In this document: in pieces, positions 57,851-64,000 of the stretch
How positions within the stretch are numbered: the stretch's first letter is position 1
Layout: every line of letters starts with the position of its first letter
Virus record (IMG/VR): IMGVR_UViG_3300050343_000212
Source of the DNA: a virus
DNA: 64,000 nt
Direction: 5' to 3' (one strand)
Program-made: the position numbers and the translations under genes
Notes under the pieces: model-generated
The model's input: only the letters and a program-made list of their open reading frames with translations
Told to the model about the DNA's origin: nothing
Databases searched by the model: none

Positions 57851-57864
57851 TGGTTTTCTAGGGG

Positions 57865-58146
57865 TTAATTCCATCCCGTACTCTCATCAGGTTCAGGTAA
57901 ATCATCCTCACTAGTATCATCTAGGAGTTCAGGGTAAGAGTCTTTTACCTCATCAATCAGTTCATTTACAGAATACTTATCAAGGTTATCATTGATAGTA
58001 TCATATACAAATGTTTCCATAGTTTTGAAATCCATACTATCAATCAGTTCTTTAATGTATTGATCTTGTAGTTCATCTCTGTCGATGATGTTGTCCTTAG
58101 TTGTGTTGTTCATAATGTCTTTCATTTGTGAGATTGTTGGAGTCAT
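57865..58146 (-). CDS. Acidic hypothetical protein
   Basis: IDRDELQDQYIKELIDSMDFKTM...ELIDEVKDSYPELL, a recurrent cyanophage pattern. Confidence 0.75.
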   Translation of the reverse strand: MTPTISQMKDIMNNTTKDNIIDRDELQDQYIKELIDSMDFKTMETFVYDTINDNLDKYSVNELIDEVKDSYPELLDDTSEDDLPEPDESTGWN

Positions 58147-58261
58147 GATTTAGGGTCAATAAAGTTAGCTAGTCCGTATAAGAAAGATGATATGAATCGT
58201 CTTAATCCTGTCCACTTAGATAAACAATAGAATGTGATTATCCATAAGAGTAAACTACACA

Positions 58262-58396
58262 TTAGAACCTTAATCGGATAGAGTTTTCAGGTTGAATAAA
58301 GTCTGATGCTGATTGTAGTGAATCAGAGGTGAATTGTCTTGCCTCATTACTATTCCAAAGAAGTGCTCCGATGATAACCAATAGAATGAATTTCAT
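58262..58396 (-). CDS. Small membrane-anchored protein, 44 aa
   Basis: MKFILLVIIGALLWNSNEARQFTSDSLQSASDFIQP; start corrected from track ORF 58262..58519. Confidence 0.65.
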   Translation of the reverse strand: MKFILLVIIGALLWNSNEARQFTSDSLQSASDFIQPENSIRLRF

Positions 58397-58451
58397 GTGG
58401 ATTGTGATTAGATTGGATTTAGAACGAGACTTAGTTAGAGTGTTCAATATA

Positions 58452-58796
58452 TCAGGCGAAGAGATAACCGGATTTGAAATCTTGAGTCTGATAGACATTC
58501 TTTCCGTTGATACATCCAACGAACTTTCTTACATACCAGAGGAAATCCTTCTGAAAGACTCCTTCTCCACTGATACAAAATTCATCACAAAGTGCGTTGA
58601 GTCTAGACTTTGTTGTAACTGATTGCCAACCACCATCAAAGATTGACATAGTAGTATCATCAACAACTGCAATTTTGTTACCGTGAAGATATACAATAGA
58701 GAGATCATCTCCCACATATTGTACTTCAGTATTACCAGACTTCCAAGACTTATTGTCTTTGATTGCCTGACACATTTGGGATTCGATCTTTCTCAT
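58452..58796 (-). CDS. Conserved phage hypothetical protein, 114 aa
   Basis: MRKIESQMCQAI...VYLHGNKIAVV...GGWQSVTTKSRLNAL...GVFQKDFLWYV; first gene after motif copy 3. Confidence 0.85.
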   Translation of the reverse strand: MRKIESQMCQAIKDNKSWKSGNTEVQYVGDDLSIVYLHGNKIAVVDDTTMSIFDGGWQSVTTKSRLNALCDEFCISGEGVFQKDFLWYVRKFVGCINGKNVYQTQDFKSGYLFA

Positions 58797-58810
58797 GGTG
58801 TTGGTTGGAA

Positions 58811-58848
58811 GTGTCTTACACCTATAGGGCAGTTTAGAGGTGAGTAAC
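58811..58848 (-). repeat. Cassette-heading motif, copy 3
   Basis: GTTACTCACCTCTAAACTGCCCTATAGGTGTAAGACAC. Confidence 0.92.
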
Positions 58849-58865
58849 TTTAATTCATTGATGAT

Positions 58866-58997
58866 TCATCTTGTTTGTTGAATTGTTGAGTCATAATATT
58901 TCATCATTTTAGTGTCACGTTCTGATAGGAATAACATGTAGCATGTAAGACCTATGAACACAAAGATCATACCTAGAAAATACTGAGTAAAGTTCAT
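58866..58997 (-). CDS. Small membrane protein, 43 aa
   Basis: MNFTQYFLGMIFVFIGLTCYMLFLSERDTKMMKYY...; one hydrophobic helix. Confidence 0.6.
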   Translation of the reverse strand: MNFTQYFLGMIFVFIGLTCYMLFLSERDTKMMKYYDSTIQQTR

Positions 58998-59086
58998 TTT
59001 GTTTCTGTGGTGTCATAATAACGTATAGTTGAATGAAACTTATCGATTGGATCTTCCTTCATACCTAATACTTGCTCTATCCTATC

Positions 59087-59254
59087 TTAGAATACGTTGG
59101 TCCATGAATGATGCTTTGCAGCACTAATCCTACCATCTTTGAGTAATCCATCACACACTTGACAGAATACTTCAAACTTTTCCAATCGTGTCAGGTTAGC
59201 ATCAATTTTGTTTGAAGTTTCACCGACGACTTTGAGTAGTTGTGTTTTGAGCAT
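59087..59254 (-). CDS. Small hypothetical protein, 55 aa, paralog of 62715..62876
   Basis: MLKTQLLKVV...LTRLEKFEVFCQVCDGLLKDGRISAAKHHSWTNVF. Confidence 0.75.
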   Translation of the reverse strand: MLKTQLLKVVGETSNKIDANLTRLEKFEVFCQVCDGLLKDGRISAAKHHSWTNVF

Positions 59255-59337
59255 GATGTTAGTTAGTGACGTAAGTTTGTGCGATTGCATCAGTCTTAAA
59301 CTTTCTGCATAGTTTAAACAGCAGTTTTAAATCATCC

Positions 59338-59523
59338 TTAATCACATATCGAAACGAGATGATTCGATGATAAACTTATCATCCTCCAACCATACTTGTG
59401 GGAGTTGTTTTTTGTAGATAGGGAAGTCATGGTATAAATCCATACGGCACATTCTGCATCTTCTCCCTGTTGTTCAATCATTCGTGATACTTTGTCTTGA
59501 AGTTGCTTGAGAGTGTAATTCAT
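59338..59523 (-). CDS. Hypothetical protein; C-terminus possibly altered by a lesion
   Basis: MNYTLKQLQDKVSRMIEQQGEDAECAVWIYT is a recurrent cyanophage start. Confidence 0.55.
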   Translation of the reverse strand: MNYTLKQLQDKVSRMIEQQGEDAECAVWIYTMTSLSTKNNSHKYGWRMISLSSNHLVSICD

Positions 59524-59525
59524 GA

Positions 59526-59693
59526 TTAGTAGTGATACTCAGTGTCGGTTAGTACGGAAAGATAGTGATAGATTCTCTTATAACATTTTCGATTCATATC
59601 TTCATCTTCACCAATGAATTCGAAACAATAACGAAGACGATTGTAAGGGTCTTCTAAGTGTTTTTGGATTTCAGTTTGTGTCATCTTATTCAT
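59526..59693 (-). CDS. Small hypothetical protein, 55 aa
   Basis: MNKMTQTEIQKHLEDPYNRLRYCFEFIGEDED...; coupled to its neighbours. Confidence 0.6.
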   Translation of the reverse strand: MNKMTQTEIQKHLEDPYNRLRYCFEFIGEDEDMNRKCYKRIYHYLSVLTDTEYHY

Positions 59694-59695
59694 GA

Positions 59696-59929
59696 TCAAA
59701 GTTCCTCCATCATTTCGTCAAGTTCAACTAGGTTAAGATTAATATCATCCAACTTTACTCCATCTAAAGTTGTTGCACCTTCCTCAAAATTACGACGAAC
59801 AAAATCCTGATAAGAATAAGAACGACGTGCTAAGTTATACAAACCTTCGTCATTACCAATCCAAAGTGCTACATTCCAGGTCTCATAATTCTCCCAACCG
59901 TTGTACGTGGTGTCTTCGATTGTGGTTTG
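59696..59929 (-). pseudogene. Conserved cyanophage YNGW-NYETWNV protein lacking its start codon
   Basis: Frame QTTIEDTTYNGWENYETWNVALWIGNDEGLYNLAR...DEMMEEL*; an in-frame TGA lies two codons upstream and there is no ATG. Confidence 0.65.
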
Positions 59930-60068
59930 ACATCATCTTTGCGTTCAGTGCCCTACATCCAGGATATAAATGTTCTGCCTGTTTGTATGCTCGATGAGTC
60001 GATTCTGCCATCACTGTGATAACAATGTGACGACCACCTTTAGACAATGTGACTTTGAATTCATTCAT
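59883..60068 (-). CDS. Small hypothetical protein; C-terminal extension probably artefactual
   Basis: MNEFKVTLSKGGRHIVITVMAESTHRAYKQAEHLYPGCRAL; the tail reads out of frame through the next gene. Confidence 0.55.
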   Translation of the reverse strand: MNEFKVTLSKGGRHIVITVMAESTHRAYKQAEHLYPGCRALNAKMMSNHNRRHHVQRLGEL

Positions 60069-60105
60069 GATGGTTGTTAATTAGTGTGAGTGTAAAGTAA
60101 TAGAT

Positions 60106-60290
60106 TCAACGAACATAGAGGAATGAACCGTAAGGATCTACCAACCCAGGATACTGTGCCAATGATTCAATAAAGAAACGAATACCCTTAGCAGGTGCCT
60201 TATAGGATCGGGTTTGTAACATGCTCCAGTCTCTTTGTCGATGAACATGAATACACCCTCAGTCTCATATGAACCATCGGAGTTAACACG
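60106..60290 (-). pseudogene. C-terminal half of a conserved cyanophage protein, lacking its 5' end
   Basis: IQRVNSDGSYETEGVFMFIDKETGACYKP, then after a 1-nt shift SYKAPAKGIRFFIESLAQYPGLVDPYGSFLYVR*. Confidence 0.65.
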
Positions 60291-61411
60291 TTGAATCCCT
60301 TGGCGGTAGAGATACCAACCTTAGAATAAACAGGGACAACACAGAACCCATAGGTCTTCGATTGTCCACCTTTGCGAAGAACACGACCGATAGTCTGAGT
60401 CATCTCAATGATATTCATGTTCCTCATGAAGATGACACATTCCAGTTGCGACACGTTGATACCTTCAGACAGAATCGAGCGATGAAGTACAACAAACTTT
60501 TTGTCTGTATCTTTACCCCATGCATTCAGTGTCTCGAAGAATACTTCACGACTGACTTTCTTACCATCAACAACAGCACCTGTCTTTGCAGTTATGTAGA
60601 GGTAAGAATATCCACGTTGTGCAAGTTGGTCTGCAAAGTCAGTCTCAAAGATCGTGGTGAGTTGTTTCGTAGTCTTAGAACATACTAGGATCTTTTTGAT
60701 ATCCATCTCATCAATCGTGGAGAGAATATTGTTACTCTCAAGGTGTGGAGTAATAGATGCTCTGTCCACCTTATCCATCTCGATCACCTTCACTTTAGGG
60801 GGAAGGATGAATCCACCATTAACAAGTTCGGGTGCAGATACGCGAGTGATGATGTCACCGTAGATCTCACGATCGTTCATCCCTGGTTTGTTGATAGTGA
60901 GCGAAGTCCTACGGGTTGCAGTGAAGTAGTAACAACGATCTGCATGACGTGAGAAATACTCTGTAGGACCGAAGAAGTTACGTTGAACCGAGTTATGTGC
61001 CTCGTCAAAGTAAATCGTGTCTACAGGGATTCCAGACTCTTGCACACGGTGCAAAGAATGATATGTCGTGAAGATGATGACATGTTCACGAACGGTTTGA
61101 CACATCTCCACAAACAACTTGATGCGTTCTGATTTAGTTGTCTTGAAATGTTTGGTTTCTCCACTATGAACATGGAGAACATTTGCGTTTGTGATGTGCT
61201 CCAGATACTCAGAACAAAGTTGTTCTGCAAGAAGAATACGAGGTGCGACAACAACAATCACACGAGGAACTTTGATCTCAAAACGACGCATAGCGTCCAT
61301 GATTGCGATCAGAGTCTTACCACCACCAGTCGGAACAATCACCTGACCGATAGCATTCTGTTTGAGTGCATCGAGTCCACGTTGCTGGTGTGGACGGAGG
61401 GTGATTGTCAT
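60200..61411 (-). CDS. SF2 DEAH-box helicase; C-terminal approx. 35 aa probably foreign
   Basis: VPTGGGKT (motif I), YFDEAHN (II), TAT (III), LSEGINV (V), QTIGRVLR (VI); first gene after motif copy 4. Confidence 0.9.
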   Translation of the reverse strand: MTITLRPHQQRGLDALKQNAIGQVIVPTGGGKTLIAIMDAMRRFEIKVPRVIVVVAPRILLAEQLCSEYLEHITNANVLHVHSGETKHFKTTKSERIKLFVEMCQTVREHVIIFTTYHSLHRVQESGIPVDTIYFDEAHNSVQRNFFGPTEYFSRHADRCYYFTATRRTSLTINKPGMNDREIYGDIITRVSAPELVNGGFILPPKVKVIEMDKVDRASITPHLESNNILSTIDEMDIKKILVCSKTTKQLTTIFETDFADQLAQRGYSYLYITAKTGAVVDGKKVSREVFFETLNAWGKDTDKKFVVLHRSILSEGINVSQLECVIFMRNMNIIEMTQTIGRVLRKGGQSKTYGFCVVPVYSKVGISTAKGFNVLTPMVHMRLRVYSCSSTKRLEHVTNPIL

Positions 61412-61418
61412 AATGTAG

Positions 61419-61455
61419 GTGTCTATAACTATAGGGCAATTTAGAGGTGAGTAAC
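61419..61455 (-). repeat. Cassette-heading motif, copy 4
   Basis: GTTACTCACCTCTAAATTGCCCTATAGTTATAGACAC. Confidence 0.9.
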
Positions 61456-61456
61456 T

Positions 61457-61606
61457 TTATTGAATAACGTTTGAGGGAGGTCTCATGAGCCTTTCGAGTG
61501 CAGATTTTGCCTCTTGTCTCCTCTCTGCCTCACTATCTGGAGAGAAGATGTTAATAGTGGCAACGAACAATGAACCGATTGCAATGAGGTAAAGAAAACG
61601 AATCAT
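61457..61606 (-). CDS. Small membrane-anchored protein, 49 aa
   Basis: MIRFLYLIAIGSLFVATINIF followed by a charged tail. Confidence 0.6.
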   Translation of the reverse strand: MIRFLYLIAIGSLFVATINIFSPDSEAERRQEAKSALERLMRPPSNVIQ

Positions 61607-61612
61607 GATGAA

Positions 61613-62491
61613 TTAGTTGAAACGACCGTCAGTGAAGTTAGCGTATGCAAACTCTTCACGATTGACAAGTTTGAATGAAACCTTCTCAGTGTGGAATACA
61701 TAACCCTCACCATCAGTTTCTACATCATCAAAAATGAAACTACGAGGTGCATCATTGATAATCATAGAATTCATGATGTCTTCTTTGATCTCGATAATCA
61801 GTTGATAAAGATTGGTGAGATAGACACAACCAAGAATATCAAATAGGTTGGAATCAGTCAACTCACGACCCTCTTTGACCAGGGAATTGATCTTCTGTTT
61901 CGCAACATTTGCCTCTTTAGTTGTCAGGAACTGAACCTTAGAGGTGTTCAGATTCGGTGCAGTTTCATTGGAAGGAAGACGATCGATAGAAGGTTGCACC
62001 CACTTGATGATAGCGGTGTCATCTAAGATCTCAATCAATGGTTTACATGTTGCGTCACACATAGGACCATCAACAAATACCTGAGTGTGAGGTGCAATCA
62101 CCATCTTTTGAGAGATTTTCTCAGGGAAAAGATAAGAAATAGTGTTAGGTTTTAGGAGTTGAGTCCGACCAAAACCCAACCAATCACCCCAATAAATGTT
62201 CTCTGTACGGGGCAGATACTTGATACAATATGACAGGATCTCAACGACTTCTATTTGATGACCAAAGTGAGTGAAGATGTCATCTGTAGTATAACAAAGA
62301 CGAATCTTTTTCTTGTTGAATGCTGCTTTGGTACAAACAAAAAACTTACCATTCTCAGGATTAGTACCCCAAACAAGTGACATACCATCCATCTTCATAG
62401 TAATATCTGCGGGTGCATAAAGTGCATCAATCACAGAAACATCACCCGTGAGGATAAGATCTTCAGGATGTTCGAGATGGGTGGAAGTCAT
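61613..62491 (-). CDS. Ligase-like nucleotidyltransferase (DUF6267-like, recalled)
   Basis: HLEHPEDLI, KMDG (motif I), WGDWLG, DGEGYV (motif IV), FKLVNREEF (motif V). Confidence 0.75.
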   Translation of the reverse strand: MTSTHLEHPEDLILTGDVSVIDALYAPADITMKMDGMSLVWGTNPENGKFFVCTKAAFNKKKIRLCYTTDDIFTHFGHQIEVVEILSYCIKYLPRTENIYWGDWLGFGRTQLLKPNTISYLFPEKISQKMVIAPHTQVFVDGPMCDATCKPLIEILDDTAIIKWVQPSIDRLPSNETAPNLNTSKVQFLTTKEANVAKQKINSLVKEGRELTDSNLFDILGCVYLTNLYQLIIEIKEDIMNSMIINDAPRSFIFDDVETDGEGYVFHTEKVSFKLVNREEFAYANFTDGRFN

Positions 62492-62501
62492 AATGTTTGT
62501 G

Positions 62502-62539
62502 GTGTCTTACATCAATGGGGCAGTTTAGAGGTGAGTAAC
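62502..62539 (-). repeat. Cassette-heading motif, copy 5
   Basis: GTTACTCACCTCTAAACTGCCCCATTGATGTAAGACAC. Confidence 0.92.
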
Positions 62540-62547
62540 AATAATAC

Positions 62548-62712
62548 TCAACGTTTTTGTGAAACATTGTTAATCACCACTTTATCTGTGGGATACCTTG
62601 ACTCTACAAGTTCAATGATAAATCGACGCTCTGCACGGTCAGATTCGATCTCAAAATCATGTCTTGCTCCACGTCTATCATACCATGCACCTTTGCAAGT
62701 GTAAACTGTCAT
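62548..62712 (-). CDS. Small hypothetical protein, 54 aa
   Basis: MTVYTCKGAWYDRRGARHDFEIESDRAERRFIIELVESRYP... Confidence 0.7.
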   Translation of the reverse strand: MTVYTCKGAWYDRRGARHDFEIESDRAERRFIIELVESRYPTDKVVINNVSQKR

Positions 62713-62714
62713 GA

Positions 62715-62876
62715 TTAAAAAGGATGTGTCCAGGATTGTTGTTGTTTTTTGGTGATTCTTCCGTCTCTCAAGAGACCATCCACAACATGATTGAAGACCT
62801 GTTGTTTCTCTTCTCTTGACAGATTATGAGGTTTAGAAGTCTCACGGACCACACGAATTACATCAGTTTTTGTCAT
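62715..62876 (-). CDS. Small hypothetical protein, 53 aa, paralog of 59087..59254
   Basis: MTKTDVIRVV...LSREEKQQVFNHVVDGLLRDGRITKKQQQSWTHPF. Confidence 0.75.
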   Translation of the reverse strand: MTKTDVIRVVRETSKPHNLSREEKQQVFNHVVDGLLRDGRITKKQQQSWTHPF

Positions 62877-63072
62877 CTTTAATCATTCTTGTGAGAGTTT
62901 CGCGAATAACTCTGAGACTGGATCGCGAATAACCTATCGAATATGGTGCAGTTTTCTCTACATTACGAGGATCATATTTGTCTACTGTGTAATCAACATT
63001 AGACAAAACTTTCATCGTATCTTCGATACCTTCAAGAAGGATTTCGAGTTCATACTTATGAATAGTGATCAT
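62863..63072 (-). CDS. Hypothetical protein, 69 aa
   Basis: Intact ORF overlapping both neighbours. Confidence 0.7.
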   Translation of the reverse strand: MITIHKYELEILLEGIEDTMKVLSNVDYTVDKYDPRNVEKTAPYSIGYSRSSLRVIRETLTRMIKDDKN

Positions 63073-63191
63073 GATTGCTCCTCCTCAAGTTTAACACATT
63101 TGTCCATAATTTCACGGAGTTCTTCTAACTGTTTGTAGAAATCTTCCATGTCATAGATCTCACCGGGTGAGTCTTGAATTTCTTCCCACAT
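63069..63191 (-). CDS. Small acidic protein, 40 aa
   Basis: MWEEIQDSPGEIYDMEDFYKQLEELREIMD...; ATGA overlap with the next gene. Confidence 0.65.
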   Translation of the reverse strand: MWEEIQDSPGEIYDMEDFYKQLEELREIMDKCVKLEEEQS

Positions 63192-63193
63192 AT

Positions 63194-63376
63194 TCACTTA
63201 CCGTTTGTATATTCACCTAGAAGTTGATAATGTCCTTTGACATTATAATATCCAACCTCTGCGTATCCATACTCTTCAGATAAATTGAAACATAAATCCC
63301 ATGCCCTGTCAAGATCACCGAAACAATCGGTATTCTCATAAGGATCAGATGGACATTTAACAAGGTAATTAATCAT
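63194..63376 (-). CDS. Hypothetical protein, 60 aa
   Basis: VKCPSDPYENT...AWDLCFNLSEEYGYAEV; first gene after motif copy 6. Confidence 0.75.
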   Translation of the reverse strand: MINYLVKCPSDPYENTDCFGDLDRAWDLCFNLSEEYGYAEVGYYNVKGHYQLLGEYTNGK

Positions 63377-63387
63377 AGTGGTTTAAA

Positions 63388-63425
63388 GTGTCTTACATCT
63401 ATGGGGCACTTTAGAGGTGAGTAAC
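63388..63425 (-). repeat. Cassette-heading motif, copy 6
   Basis: GTTACTCACCTCTAAAGTGCCCCATAGATGTAAGACAC; shares a 24-nt identical stretch (plus strand tggtttaaagtgtcttacatctat) with copy 1. Confidence 0.92.
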
Positions 63426-63426
63426 T

Positions 63427-63630
63427 TTAATTGCTGTGATTTTCCATAAATTCATCAAGTGTGTAACCCTCTCCAGTTGATGTTTCCTCAATCAATTGTT
63501 CGATTGTAAGTTCTTCCATATCTTTGCGATATTCTTCTGGTGTTGGATCTTCTGGGTCATAATCATCATGGCAGAGATATTCCCACTCATGAACAAGTGC
63601 GTCCACAAGTTGTTCTTTAGTATAATTCAT
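63427..63630 (-). CDS. Acidic hypothetical protein, 67 aa
   Basis: YTKEQLVDALVHEWEYLCHDDYDPED...LIEETSTGEGYTLDEFM. Confidence 0.8.
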   Translation of the reverse strand: MNYTKEQLVDALVHEWEYLCHDDYDPEDPTPEEYRKDMEELTIEQLIEETSTGEGYTLDEFMENHSN

Positions 63631-63635
63631 TATAA

Positions 63636-64000
63636 TTAAGTGCTCATTCTTTTATTGACACGTCCAAGAATCTTTGTTTTACCCTTAGCATCAGGATTGG
63701 TTCCAGTTTCTTTCTTATACTTAGAAGTTTCTTGATCTTTCATGATACCTTTTAGGTATCTTTCACCCTCTCCACGTATCTTGTCACGTTCTGCACGAGT
63801 CTTACCACTTGATTGTGCAGGTTTGTAGTTAGGAGACACTTTCTTAGGTGTTGTTTTCTTTGTCAGAAGTTTAGATGCTTCTTTTTCCTTTGATCTGCTA
63901 GTTTCAGGAGTAGATTTATTACCTGCCTCTCTCGCTTTACGTTCTCTATATGCCTTACGTTGTGCTTCTTTAGCAGAAAGTGCTGCTGTTCCTCTTTCTT
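63636..64000 (-). CDS. Lys/Arg-rich protein, 3' part; start lies beyond the window
   Basis: Open frame KRGTAALSAKEAQRKAYRERKAREAG...KTRAERDKIRGEGERYLKGIMKD...MST*; the track start at 63839 is an internal GTG. Confidence 0.8.
   Translation of the reverse strand, partial: ERGTAALSAKEAQRKAYRERKAREAGNKSTPETSRSKEKEASKLLTKKTTPKKVSPNYKPAQSSGKTRAERDKIRGEGERYLKGIMKDQETSKYKKETGTNPDAKGKTKILGRVNKRMST

Noticed and set aside
56798-63425. CRISPR array reading of the 38-bp repeats
   Set aside because: Copies are 0.7-2.6 kb apart, separated by protein-coding genes, degenerate and not palindromic; no cas genes are present.
1-64000. tRNA genes and photosynthesis or metabolic auxiliary genes (psbA, hli, talC, etc.)
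   Set aside because: No cloverleaf-like sequence or recognisable motif was found by eye; a tRNAscan-SE or HMM run would be needed to exclude them formally.

Overview
This window is part of a T4-like cyanomyovirus genome (Kyanoviridae type, probably infecting Synechococcus or Prochlorococcus). Essentially all genes are on the minus strand. Read in transcription order (right to left): (i) about 56.4-64 kb, an accessory/early-type region of small ORFs, an SF2 helicase and a ligase-like nucleotidyltransferase, punctuated by six copies of a 37-38 bp motif; (ii) about 57.55-57.86 kb, a non-coding island with an antisense sigma70 promoter, a 13-bp direct repeat, four DnaA-box-like 9-mers and an AT-rich tract (candidate replication origin); (iii) about 1.4-56.1 kb, the canonical cyanophage structural module (gp25, gp6, gp7-like, fibre/protease cluster, gp8, DUF4815 protein, gp13-gp16, variable insert, gp17-gp23, gp3), followed by uvsY and uvsW. 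The central 13.2-56 kb has very long intact ORFs. The left 13 kb carries many frameshifts, and both flanks show apparent internal deletions in otherwise conserved genes. These are most likely sequencing or assembly lesions, so the gene calls there are reconstructed across frames. No tRNA, rRNA, CRISPR array or photosynthesis gene was found. The main leads are the DnaA-box origin candidate, the six-copy cassette-heading motif, and a duplicated fibre/partner module that may dock a copper-site-bearing subtilase on the virion. Family names come from my recognition of motifs, not from database searches.
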